A stretch of DNA of 64,000 bases from NCBI GenBank assembly GCA_964358795.1, contig CAYHRK010000001.1:1432-65431 (forward strand), given 5' to 3'. The notes under the pieces are model-generated. The model did not search any database, was not told the origin of the DNA, and was given only the letters and a program-made list of their open reading frames with translations. Source of the stretch: an uncultured Vicinamibacterales bacterium (lineage in GTDB: Bacteria; Acidobacteriota; Vicinamibacteria; Vicinamibacterales; JAKQTR01). The position numbers and the translations under genes were made by a program. How positions within the stretch are numbered: position 1 is the first letter of the stretch; every line of letters begins with the position of its first letter. Shown piece after piece: positions 1 to 9,018 of the stretch.

Positions 1-372
1 CTGCAACGGCAGCGTGAACCCGTCGCGTCCAAACAGCTGCGGCGCCAGTACCGGTGAGGCCGACACGCCGGCCACCAGCACCATGCCGCTCACGGTGATG
101 AGAAAGAAGAAGATCGTGCTGGCCAGCGTCTGTCGGGCCGGTTGGTCCGCGCAGTCGTAGTAGAACCGCATGAACGACGCGTCGATGCCCCAGCGGTACA
201 CCACGCGCAGAATCTGCTCGACGGTGAGCAACAGGGCGATGGCGCCGTAGTCGCTCGGCGAGAGCACGTGGACGTAGAGGGGGAGCAGCAGGAAACTGGC
301 GATCTGGACGGCCACGTCGCCCACGCCGTACACGGTGAGATTGACGGAGAGCTCTTTCAGCTTGTGAAACAC
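1..372 (-). CDS. Wzx-like polysaccharide/O-antigen flippase (MOP superfamily), 5' part only; gene runs off the left edge
   Basis: Own reverse-strand translation from GTG at 372-370 gives VFHKLKELSVNLTVYGVGDVAVQIASFLLLPLYVHVLSPSDYGAIALLLTVEQILRVVYRWGIDASFMRFYYD..., the usual N-terminus of polysaccharide-biosynthesis/flippase proteins. It starts 3 nt after the stop (375-377) of the upstream radical SAM gene. It is absent from the ORF track because there is no stop codon in the window. Confidence 0.6.
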   Translation of the reverse strand, partial: MFHKLKELSVNLTVYGVGDVAVQIASFLLLPLYVHVLSPSDYGAIALLLTVEQILRVVYRWGIDASFMRFYYDCADQPARQTLASTIFFFLITVSGMVLVAGVSASPVLAPQLFGRDGFTLPLQ

Positions 373-374
373 GG

Positions 375-1328
375 TCAGACCAGTTTCGTCACCCACAGCG
401 GTGAGTCTTTGGCCGGCAGGTCGCAGTTCCGGCAGATGTCAGGGCCGCCACTTTCCAGGTGCTCGCGCCGCACGCGACGATACGCGTCGTGATTCCAGAT
501 GTCGCGGATGCTCGACGTGCGCAAGTCCCCCAGCACCACCTTGCCATCGAAATCGGCACAGCAAAGGCTGACCCGGCCGTCCCACAATGCCGTGAACGTC
601 AGCCAGGGCCGATAGCAGGGAAAGTTCACGTCGGCGGTCCGGTCGAGCGCGCCTGCCCAGTTGTGCATTTCCGTGATGTGGATCTTGTCGGCCACGCGCG
701 ACCAGCGATCGATGAACGCCTGCTCTTCGGCCGAGTTGTCCTGCCGGACAAACGACAGGATCAGCTTCGGCCGCACGCGCCCCAGTTCCTGCTTCAGGCG
801 GACCAAGCCTTCCAGATTGGCCATCACCTTGTCGAATTTCAGTCCCAGCCGCGTTGACTCAAACGTTTCGCGGCCAGCCGCGTCTAGACTGATGTTGATG
901 GCGTCCAGTCCGGCCTCGACCACCGCCCGCGCCACATCCGGTCCCAGCAGCGATCCGTTGGTGATGACGCCCACCTCCGGAATACCGCGTGCCTTCGCGT
1001 ACCGGATCTTCTCGGGCAGGCGCTTGTCGAGGAACGCCTCGCCATAGTTGTGCATGCGCAGATGGCGGATGCCGAGTTCCGCGCACTCGTCCACGATTTT
1101 TTGGAACAGCGGCATCTCCATGATGCCCTGCCGGCGCTCCATGTCGTCGCGGGGACAGAAGGTGCACTTGGCGTTGCAGATGTTGGTGGCTTCAATCTGG
1201 ACGATGTCCGGAAGGCCAGGCGCCCGATCGCGCCCGCTGGCGAGCAGCAACCGGCGCACCGGTTTGGCTCCGCGCTTCAGCAGCGATTCGACTATCGGGC
1301 GCACACGCCGTCGAAGGGGCTGAGACAC
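375..1328 (-). CDS. Radical SAM enzyme with C-terminal SPASM/twitch-like Cys-rich domain
   Basis: 317 aa. CxxxCxxC motif in IVQIEATNICNAKCTFCPR. C-terminal Cys cluster CYRPW...LCCADFDG...ICRNCD. GTG start at 1328, 3 nt after the stop of the upstream SDR gene. Confidence 0.85.
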   Translation of the reverse strand: MSQPLRRRVRPIVESLLKRGAKPVRRLLLASGRDRAPGLPDIVQIEATNICNAKCTFCPRDDMERRQGIMEMPLFQKIVDECAELGIRHLRMHNYGEAFLDKRLPEKIRYAKARGIPEVGVITNGSLLGPDVARAVVEAGLDAINISLDAAGRETFESTRLGLKFDKVMANLEGLVRLKQELGRVRPKLILSFVRQDNSAEEQAFIDRWSRVADKIHITEMHNWAGALDRTADVNFPCYRPWLTFTALWDGRVSLCCADFDGKVVLGDLRTSSIRDIWNHDAYRRVRREHLESGGPDICRNCDLPAKDSPLWVTKLV

Positions 1329-1331
1329 GGT

Positions 1332-2303
1332 CTACGGTTTCCTGTGGAATTCGATGACACGCCGGAGAATCTCGTCGAGCGAGATCTGGGGGGCGTACCC
1401 GATCAGGTTGCGGATCTTGCTGATGTCGGGCACGCGCCGCGGCATGTCTTCAAAGCCGCTTTCGTAGGCCTGATCGTACGGAATCGTGACGATGGGCGAC
1501 TCGCTTCCGACCAGTGTTTTCACCCGCGCGGCCAGCTGGCCGATGCTGATCTCTTCCGTGCTGCCGAGATTGAACACGTCTCCAACCGCGGCCGGCTCGG
1601 CCACGATGGCCGCGAGCGCGCCGACCACGTCTCCGACAAACGTGAAGCACCGCGTCTGTGTGCCGTCCCCAAACACGGTGATCGGCTCGCCGTCCAGGGC
1701 CTGTCGCACGAAGTTCGGCACCACCATGCCATACCGGCCGGTCTGCCTCGGACCCACCGTATTGAACAGCCTGACGATGATCACCGGCAGCCGCTTTTCC
1801 TTCCAATACGCCAGGGCCAGGAATTCATCGATCGCCTTGCTGCACGCGTACGCCCACCGGTGTTTCAGCGTGGCCCCCAGCGCAATGTCGCCATCCTCGC
1901 GGAAGGGCACCGCCTCGCTCTTGCCGTACACCTCGGACGTCGATGCGATCACCACGAGCCGGCGCTTCTTGGCCGCCAGCTTCAGCACCACTTCCGTACC
2001 GTGCACGTTGGTCTCGATGGTCCGCACGGGGGATTCCACAATCAGCCGCACACCCACGGCGGCCGCCAGGTGATAGACCACGTCGCACTGATCCACCAGT
2101 TCGGCCACCAGCGGCTCGTTCATCACCGTGTCGATCGTGTAATGAAACCCCGCGCGGCCTTTCAGGTGTGCGATGTTGTCGAACGATCCGGTCGATAGAT
2201 CGTCCAGCACGAACACCTCGTGACCGGCCGCCAGCAGCGTCTCGGACAGGTGAGACCCGATGAAACCGGCACCGCCCGTGATCAATGCACGCATGATCGC
2301 CAC
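1332..2303 (-). CDS. NAD-dependent epimerase/dehydratase (extended SDR; UDP-sugar decarboxylase/epimerase-like)
   Basis: 323 aa. Rossmann motif ITGGAGFIGSHL, STSEVYG, canonical YxxxK (WAYACSKAIDE). Confidence 0.85.
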   Translation of the reverse strand: MAIMRALITGGAGFIGSHLSETLLAAGHEVFVLDDLSTGSFDNIAHLKGRAGFHYTIDTVMNEPLVAELVDQCDVVYHLAAAVGVRLIVESPVRTIETNVHGTEVVLKLAAKKRRLVVIASTSEVYGKSEAVPFREDGDIALGATLKHRWAYACSKAIDEFLALAYWKEKRLPVIIVRLFNTVGPRQTGRYGMVVPNFVRQALDGEPITVFGDGTQTRCFTFVGDVVGALAAIVAEPAAVGDVFNLGSTEEISIGQLAARVKTLVGSESPIVTIPYDQAYESGFEDMPRRVPDISKIRNLIGYAPQISLDEILRRVIEFHRKP

Positions 2304-2313
2304 TCCTTACGAA

Positions 2314-4173
2314 TTAGCATATCGCGTCTGGCGCTGTCCCACCGGCCACGCGCAGCACGTGCGCCGCCGCGCGGGCCGCCGCCTGGCCATCGGACCGGAT
2401 GCCGTACCTGGTCAGAAACGCCACGCGCCCTCGATCGAGCGACTCGCGGCGCTCGCCATCAGCCAGCAGGGCGCGCAACGTCGGAACCAGATCTTCGCCG
2501 TCATGCACACCCGCCATGGCCCCGGCGTCGACAAAGGGACTGAGATTGCTCGGCAGTGCCAGACCGAGCGCTGGCACGCCCATCACCATCGCCTCGATGG
2601 CCGCCGTGGAATTGACCGTCACCAGCAAGCGCGCCGCGCGCGTCAAGGCGGCCAGATCGGCCGATCCCGGCGCCACCGTCACGTTGGCAGCGCCGGCAGC
2701 CATGGCCAGGTAAGGCGCGCCGCTTTCGGCCGGATGGCACTTCACCACCACGTGCACGTCGGGCATCGTTGCCACGGCCTCGACCAGACGTCGGAACACC
2801 GGCCGAATCTGCGTGAACTTTGCGGCGACCAGCACCAGATGCTGGCCCGGTCTGGCGCCGGCGATGTGTCGCACGTGCCCGATGTCGTCGCTGGTGAGGC
2901 GGGAGGCGCGTGCGACCAGCGAATCGAGCCTGGCGCTGCCGGTCACCGCTACGGCTTCAGGCGGGAACCCGCCGGCCGTTCTGAGATGCTCGGCCGCGAA
3001 CTCGTCATACAGCAACGTCACGGTTGGATACGGGAAGCCCCTGTCGGCAGGGTTGCCCGGCGACGGCCGCATCTCGTCAGGCTCGTGGAGGTAGTTCAAC
3101 CAGTGGCGGTAGATGAAGCCGTGCTGCAGACCCACTGACGGGATGGCGCGGCGGCGGGCTTCAAGCACCAGCGCTCGCCCCCATCCTCCGGCTTCGGCGT
3201 AGGTCACGACCGCTGCCGGACGCAGCACATCGAGGCTGGCTCCCAGCTGATCCATGACGTACGCGGACCACGGGAACTGCAAATACGCAATGCCGGCCAG
3301 CACGGGTTCGACCAGCGGCCAGACATCGCACTGCCGAATCACGGCCGCGTTGCGGAGAGGCTGGCTGCCGCACAGCGCCGAGAAGACGGACGCCCGGTGC
3401 CGCCAGATCTCCCGCGAGGGACCCACATCGGCCGGGCCCGCGACGTCGTCGATCGGTTCCAGGCGGGCACCTCCAGCGGCGCGTCCGCCGAATTCCGACA
3501 CGCGCTGGCGCCACGTCCGGGCGCGGTAGCTTGTGCGAGGCCCGAGCCCAACCAGCGCCAACTCGCCGGCCGGGAGCGAGGCGAACAACCGATCCAGAAT
3601 CGGCCCGATGTACTGCTCCTCCTCCTCGCGCCAGAAGGCGGCGTGGACAAAACCCGCTATCCTGACGGTGGCACCGCGCGGGCCGTCTGTCCTTTGTCGC
3701 CGTGCCAGCCAGGCCCCAACGCGGTAGGCGCGCGCGCGTCCGACCAGAACCGCCAGGGTCCACCAGCGCGGACGCCGCCCGAACGCGACACCACCACCCC
3801 ACCGAATCCCCTCCCGCGCGGCCACCTGGCGGGCCACAAGCGTCAACGCAACATCGCCGCGTTCGACGGCCAGCCTGGTGGGATGTTCCCGGCTGACGAG
3901 CGCGTCAAGCGCCAGCAACGTCCGGAAGATCCTGTTGATGACCTGGGTCTTGTGCAGGTAGAGCTCGGCGAACCACCAGAGGGAATCGCCACGCAACGTG
4001 AAGCGGTCCCGCAGCACCTGTCCGTCGATCGGGATGGTCCGCAGTGACTTGATCCAGCGATAGGCGGCACGCTCCGCCTGTTCGGCAAGGTCGGCGGTCA
4101 GGTACTCGTGCAACCCCACGCGGCGCGTGCGTCCACCCGCCTCGACGACGATGGCTTCGTCAGACGTCGCCAT
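2314..4173 (-). CDS. Hypothetical 619-aa protein; C-terminal half resembles the nucleotide-sugar-binding half of GT-B-fold capsule/teichoic-type transferases
   Basis: ATG at 4173 overlaps the stop of the upstream GT9 gene by 14 nt. The C-terminal segment VTGSARLDSL...LVLVAAKF...VVVKCHPAE...LLVTVNSTAAIEAMVMGVPAL has a GT-B-like strand/helix pattern. The N-terminal ~350 aa are not recognised. Confidence 0.4.
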   Translation of the reverse strand: MATSDEAIVVEAGGRTRRVGLHEYLTADLAEQAERAAYRWIKSLRTIPIDGQVLRDRFTLRGDSLWWFAELYLHKTQVINRIFRTLLALDALVSREHPTRLAVERGDVALTLVARQVAAREGIRWGGGVAFGRRPRWWTLAVLVGRARAYRVGAWLARRQRTDGPRGATVRIAGFVHAAFWREEEEQYIGPILDRLFASLPAGELALVGLGPRTSYRARTWRQRVSEFGGRAAGGARLEPIDDVAGPADVGPSREIWRHRASVFSALCGSQPLRNAAVIRQCDVWPLVEPVLAGIAYLQFPWSAYVMDQLGASLDVLRPAAVVTYAEAGGWGRALVLEARRRAIPSVGLQHGFIYRHWLNYLHEPDEMRPSPGNPADRGFPYPTVTLLYDEFAAEHLRTAGGFPPEAVAVTGSARLDSLVARASRLTSDDIGHVRHIAGARPGQHLVLVAAKFTQIRPVFRRLVEAVATMPDVHVVVKCHPAESGAPYLAMAAGAANVTVAPGSADLAALTRAARLLVTVNSTAAIEAMVMGVPALGLALPSNLSPFVDAGAMAGVHDGEDLVPTLRALLADGERRESLDRGRVAFLTRYGIRSDGQAAARAAAHVLRVAGGTAPDAIC

Positions 4174-5380
4174 GTGGGCTCGCAGACGGGTTGTGCAGGC
4201 GAAGGATGCGTACAGCGGCAGCTACCACGTCTGGCGTGCCGACGGCCTCGAGGCAGTCGGGAATCCGGCCCGTACAGCGGCCAGGCGGGCGCCTGATGCG
4301 GTTACAGGGACTGCACGGCAGATCGACCCGGACTCCGATCGAGCGCGGCCCAAGGGGGCCCCACCGGCGAGGGTCGGATGGACCGAACACGCCAACTACC
4401 GGCGCGCCGACCGCAGAGGCAAGGTGCATCGGGCCTGTGTCGCCGCTGACAAACAGCGTGAGACGTTCCAGGACGGCGGCCAGTTGCGGCACGTCAAGCG
4501 CTCCCGACAGATCGATCACCGGTACATCATGAGACAGCGCTGCCCGGAAGGCCTCCACCATGGGACGGTCCTCCAGGCTTCCCGTCAGTACCATCGCGGC
4601 ATCAAACATTCGCGAGAGCTCCGTCGCGACGACGGCGAAGCGAGCTGGACTCCACTGCTTGACCAAACGGCCACCGCTGGCATGGATGCCCACCAGCGGG
4701 CGGCGTTCGCCGACGTGAGGCACGGCGATGTCAGCCAGCCGGTGTGCCGCGAACGCGCGAGCGGCGTCGGGAATCACGAGCTGAGGCGGCGTGATGCCGG
4801 CGCCCGCGCCAGGTCGTCCGAAGGCCTGTTCCACCAGCCGGATCGCATTGTCGGCCGTGTGCGAGACGGGATCGAAATGCACCTGTTCATCGAGCAGCGG
4901 CCCGCCTCCCGCCATGCCGAACCCCGCGGTCCACGCCGGGCCGGCGGCGTAGAGCAGCACGTGACTCCGGATATCGCCTTCGAAGTTGATCCCGAGGTCG
5001 TACCGTCGAGCCCGCCATGCCTGCACTGCGGTCGTCATGCCGCGCCGCGCGCGGGAGGAAATGTCGCGGGCCAGCCAGCCGAGATCCAGCTCTTCGATGG
5101 TGTCCACGTCGGGCAGCATGCGGGCCAGGCTGGCATTCCAGCTGCCCACGGCGAGATCGATCCGTGCCGATGGCGCCAGCGTCCGCACGAGGCTGATGGC
5201 GGCGCGCGTCATCACGAGATCGCCCATGCGCTCGAGGCGCAGCAGCAGAATCCGACCGGGATGGGCCGGCCGCACGCGTGAACGCAGCCTGGAAGGCGAT
5301 CGAAGCACCGCCAGACCAAGATCCGCCAGGCCAACCAGGATGCGTTCCCGACGTTCGGTGAGCTGCAGATGCCGGAACAT
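4160..5380 (-). CDS. Glycosyltransferase family 9 (ADP-heptose:LPS heptosyltransferase-like)
   Basis: 406 aa from ATG at 5380 (MFRHLQLTERR...). Motifs ILLLRLERMGDLVMT, GINFEGDIRSH, SGDTGPMHLASAVGAPVVGVFGPSDP. The 921-aa track ORF (4160-6925) is a 5' extension that overlaps the well-supported upstream gene. Confidence 0.85.
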   Translation of the reverse strand: MFRHLQLTERRERILVGLADLGLAVLRSPSRLRSRVRPAHPGRILLLRLERMGDLVMTRAAISLVRTLAPSARIDLAVGSWNASLARMLPDVDTIEELDLGWLARDISSRARRGMTTAVQAWRARRYDLGINFEGDIRSHVLLYAAGPAWTAGFGMAGGGPLLDEQVHFDPVSHTADNAIRLVEQAFGRPGAGAGITPPQLVIPDAARAFAAHRLADIAVPHVGERRPLVGIHASGGRLVKQWSPARFAVVATELSRMFDAAMVLTGSLEDRPMVEAFRAALSHDVPVIDLSGALDVPQLAAVLERLTLFVSGDTGPMHLASAVGAPVVGVFGPSDPRRWGPLGPRSIGVRVDLPCSPCNRIRRPPGRCTGRIPDCLEAVGTPDVVAAAVRILRLHNPSASPHGDV

Positions 5381-5394
5381 GCCGATGTCAGAGC

Positions 5395-7920
5395 CTATTC
5401 GAGACGCACCCGGTCGAGCATCACGCCCAGTGCGCGATCGTCTGAGCCTCCGAACACCACGCTTGGCGTCCACGTGGTGCAGATCAGGCGAATCACCGAC
5501 ACATCCGGCAGTCGCGAAGCCTCGGCGGCGACCTCTGGCGGCACCGCGACCTGGTAGGCGTGAAAGCCTCCTCCGACCACGACCTCGCCGAGCAGGTGAT
5601 CGTTGAACATCACGCGAACCCTGGCGGGGCCGGCCGCTTCGGGTCGTCCCCCGTTGCTCATCCACAGGCGCACCACGCGCGCACTCGCGCCGACGCCCTG
5701 CAGCGTCACGTACGACACATCCCGCGTCCAACGGTAGTTCACCCCGTCGGTTTCTTCTTTGGCGTTGATGCGGTACACCCACAGATCGTCGAACGCGCCG
5801 ACATCGAGATCCGTGACGACCGGGGCGCGTGGTGCCACCGACAAGCGGTACAAGTTCAGGCCAAACTTCTTCTGGCGCACGCTCCGAGGATAGGCGTTGC
5901 GCAGCGACTCGTACTCGGCGATCTGAAAGCGCTGATGGGTGAGGGGTGTGGCCATCAGCGTGGCGGATGCCAGGTCCGTGCCGCCATCCGCCACAAACAG
6001 GACGCGCGTGTAGGTGTGCGTGGCCCACGTCATGAACTGCGCAAAGGTGGCGCGGTTCGGCTTTGGCGTCGACAGCAGCAGCACGTGCTTCGCGTAGATA
6101 TACGCGAGCGGGGTGGCCAGCACGTGTACGTCTGACGAGTTGCGAGGTTCGACAACCAGCAGGTCGCGCTCGCCGATGCGACTGGCCAGCTGCTCGAGTT
6201 GGGGAATCAGGCCGGCGTACTCCACGTGGTGCAGAATGGGCCGTGTCGCGACGGCGAATGACCATCCCGTGGCACCCAGAAGCACCACCGGGAGCACGAT
6301 GCGCCACGCGCCCGCCAGCAGTCGCGCGCCAAGCCCGGCACCGTGCGTGCTGGCGCGAAGACCCGGCAGGAACCCGGAGAGCGCCACCGATGCCATGAAG
6401 AGGCATGTCATCGGCAGCACGAGTGGGATGTAGCGCCGCGCCTGCCAGAAATGCTCGGGCACGATCCGGATCTTGTAGAACAAGAACACCGAGGCCAGGG
6501 CGGTGACCGTCAGCAGAATCGGCGCGCGCCAGAAGTGGCGCCACGACAGCAGGCCAAACCCCACGACGGCGGACGCCAGACCCACACCTCCCACATACCA
6601 GGCGAACACCGGCAGTGCAAAGGCGTCGTGAGCCGCCAGTTTTCCCACCGGTTCCCGCAGAAAGCCGGCATACACGGCGCAGAGCGCGATCGCGGCGGCC
6701 ATCACGCGCGGAATCCACGATTGCGCCCGCTGCACGATCGCGGGACGGCGCGATCGGATGTGGCGTACCACGAACAGCGCGACAACGACGGCGGCAGCAC
6801 CTCCACAGAGCATTCGCCAGCCGCCCAGCTGGAGGAGCGGAATCGCGACGTACATCTTCATCGGTCCCGCGTAGTACGCGGCCGCGATGATGGCCTGCGC
6901 CGCCAGCGGAAGCCAGAATGTCCACCGCACCCGCTTGCCGTCGGCGGTCACCAGCAGGAGGCCCGCCGACACATACGCCAGCACGAGCACGGCGTCGAAC
7001 CGCACAAACAGCAGGGCGCCGAGCAGCAGTCCGGCCACAGGCTCGAAAAACGGATCCTCGTCTTGGTAGGCTCGCCCGAGCGCCAGCAGGGCCACGAAGA
7101 GCAGCGCCTGCTGCATCACCTCCGAATTCGGATAGCGCGCGTACCAGACTTCAGCGACGTTGATGGCCAGCAGCACGCACCCGGCGGCCGCAGGCAGACG
7201 TCCGACGAGCCTCGCACCGGCGAAGTAGAAAGCGACCAGTCCCAGCAGTGCCCAAAAGCCAACCGCGCGCCGAGCTCCAGACAATCCGTCCACACCGTAC
7301 CCAATGGCGATCCAGGCCGGAAACGCGTGTGGAAACTGGCCGATCACCTCGCCGCGGGCACGGTTTGTGACGAAGAACCCCATGAACCGCACGCCTTCGT
7401 ACAACCCTTCGGTGAACCAGTCGAATCCCTCCGTCAGGTACAAACCGCGGAACTGGTTCGGCAGCGCGGCCAGGGTGTCATCGGCAATGCGCAGCGATCC
7501 ACGTTGCGCGATCTGGATCCCTTCGTTCATGTACGTGCCGGGATCCTTGCCGCCCATCACGTACTCGGACGAGGGGAAAAACAGTGACATCCCAAGACCC
7601 ACCAGCGCCACCGGCACAAGCGCCGTCCACTGCGGTTTCGGTGCCGGCGTGCCGAGTCGAAGGTTCCCGCGACCAGCGAGCAGCAGCAGCGCACTGATGC
7701 CAGCGTCGGCTGCGAGTAGTCGTCCGAAGGTATAGGCCCCAGCTGAGGCGAGCCCGAGGGTGACCAGCGTGGTGATGGTCACGCTCAGCACCACGGCCCA
7801 GAACACGCGTTCGTCGGCCGGCAGGGCGGCGCGGCGCAGGCGATTGGCCGTGGGCAGCCGGAAGGCGAGTGCACCCGGCAGGTACGCCACCACCATCAAC
7901 TGAGCAAGTGCCAGGAGCAT
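5395..7920 (-). CDS. Large polytopic membrane protein, probable GT-C-fold glycosyltransferase (ArnT/PMT-like) with ~230-aa C-terminal soluble domain
   Basis: 841 aa with many hydrophobic segments. The first loop, SSEYVMGGKDPGTYMNEGIQIAQRGSL, resembles the acidic loop-1 motif of GT-C enzymes. Sits between the DegT and GT9 genes. Confidence 0.55.
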   Translation of the reverse strand: MLLALAQLMVVAYLPGALAFRLPTANRLRRAALPADERVFWAVVLSVTITTLVTLGLASAGAYTFGRLLAADAGISALLLLAGRGNLRLGTPAPKPQWTALVPVALVGLGMSLFFPSSEYVMGGKDPGTYMNEGIQIAQRGSLRIADDTLAALPNQFRGLYLTEGFDWFTEGLYEGVRFMGFFVTNRARGEVIGQFPHAFPAWIAIGYGVDGLSGARRAVGFWALLGLVAFYFAGARLVGRLPAAAGCVLLAINVAEVWYARYPNSEVMQQALLFVALLALGRAYQDEDPFFEPVAGLLLGALLFVRFDAVLVLAYVSAGLLLVTADGKRVRWTFWLPLAAQAIIAAAYYAGPMKMYVAIPLLQLGGWRMLCGGAAAVVVALFVVRHIRSRRPAIVQRAQSWIPRVMAAAIALCAVYAGFLREPVGKLAAHDAFALPVFAWYVGGVGLASAVVGFGLLSWRHFWRAPILLTVTALASVFLFYKIRIVPEHFWQARRYIPLVLPMTCLFMASVALSGFLPGLRASTHGAGLGARLLAGAWRIVLPVVLLGATGWSFAVATRPILHHVEYAGLIPQLEQLASRIGERDLLVVEPRNSSDVHVLATPLAYIYAKHVLLLSTPKPNRATFAQFMTWATHTYTRVLFVADGGTDLASATLMATPLTHQRFQIAEYESLRNAYPRSVRQKKFGLNLYRLSVAPRAPVVTDLDVGAFDDLWVYRINAKEETDGVNYRWTRDVSYVTLQGVGASARVVRLWMSNGGRPEAAGPARVRVMFNDHLLGEVVVGGGFHAYQVAVPPEVAAEASRLPDVSVIRLICTTWTPSVVFGGSDDRALGVMLDRVRLE

Positions 7921-7923
7921 GGA

Positions 7924-9018
7924 TCAGGCGGTGAAGCGCCGCAGCGCGTCGGCAACCCGTTCCAGATCCCGCTCGGGGATCGTTGGATACAGGGGCAGCG
8001 AGAAGACCTCGGCGCACACGCGGTCAGCCACCGGACACGGCTGTGGCGCCTCCGATTGCAGGGCCGGCTGACGTGGAATCGGCACCGGGTAGTGGACGAG
8101 CGTTTCGATCCCATGCTCGAGCAGCCAGGCCTGCAGCTGCTCACGCTGTGGCGATCGCACGGGGAACAGATGGTACACATGTCCGGGGTCAGCTTGTGGC
8201 GGCACCACGACCGGCGCCCCCGTGAGCAAACGGCGGTACGCCGCTGCACCGATCCGGCGGGCCTGCGTCCAGCCCGGCAGGAACGGCAAGCGAGCCGACA
8301 GGATCGCCGCCTGCATCTCGTCGAGCCGGCTGTTCACGCCCATCTCGCCGTGGTGGTACCGATCCGTCTGCCCGCCGTTGCGGATGCGCTTCACCTTCGC
8401 GGCCAGGGCGGCGTCGCTGGTCGTGATGGCGCCACCATCGCCAAGCGCGCCCAGGTTCTTGGTGGGATAGAAGCTGTAGGCGGCCGCCACCCCGAAGCTG
8501 CCCACCGGCTGTCCGTTGCAGGTGGCCAGGTGCGCCTGACAGCAGTCCTCGACCACCGCGATCCCATGTCGGGAGGCGATCGTCACGATCGCGGGCATGT
8601 CGGCCGGTTGTCCGTACAGATGCACGGGAAGAATGGCGGCCGTGCGCGGGGTGATCGCAGCCTCGACGGCGGCCGGGTCGAGCGTCAATCGCTCCGGGTC
8701 AAGATCGGCGAACACCGGCCGCGCGCCCGCCATCATGCAGGCCAGCGCGGAGTAGGCGGCCGACAGCGGCGTCGTGATCACCTCGTCGCCAGCGCCAATG
8801 CCGAGGCCCCGCAGGATGATCGCGATCGCGTCGGTGCCCGTGCCGACGCCGATCGCATGCCTCGTACCGCACAGCCGGGCAAATGCCTGCTCGAAGGCCT
8901 CCACCTCGGGCCCCAGCACGAACCACCCGCGATCGATCACGCGGCGGATGGCCGCCTCGACTGCCGGACGATCCTCGGCTGGCTGCAACCGCATGAACGG
9001 CAGGCGCTCGGCACTCAT
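7924..9018 (-). CDS. DegT/DnrJ/EryC1/StrS-family PLP sugar aminotransferase (ArnB-like)
   Basis: 364 aa from ATG at 9018 (MSAERLPFMRLQP...). ATGA start/stop overlap at 9015-9018. Motifs GDEVITTPLSAAYSALA, SFYPTKNLGALGDGGAITT, NSRLDEMQAAIL. Confidence 0.9.
   Translation of the reverse strand: MSAERLPFMRLQPAEDRPAVEAAIRRVIDRGWFVLGPEVEAFEQAFARLCGTRHAIGVGTGTDAIAIILRGLGIGAGDEVITTPLSAAYSALACMMAGARPVFADLDPERLTLDPAAVEAAITPRTAAILPVHLYGQPADMPAIVTIASRHGIAVVEDCCQAHLATCNGQPVGSFGVAAAYSFYPTKNLGALGDGGAITTSDAALAAKVKRIRNGGQTDRYHHGEMGVNSRLDEMQAAILSARLPFLPGWTQARRIGAAAYRRLLTGAPVVVPPQADPGHVYHLFPVRSPQREQLQAWLLEHGIETLVHYPVPIPRQPALQSEAPQPCPVADRVCAEVFSLPLYPTIPERDLERVADALRRFTA

Noticed and set aside
4160-6925. 921-aa track ORF taken at face value
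   Set aside because: Only the last 406 aa (from ATG at 5380) look like a GT9 enzyme. The upstream 515 aa overlap the 841-aa membrane protein gene in another frame and are Arg/Gly/Pro-rich.
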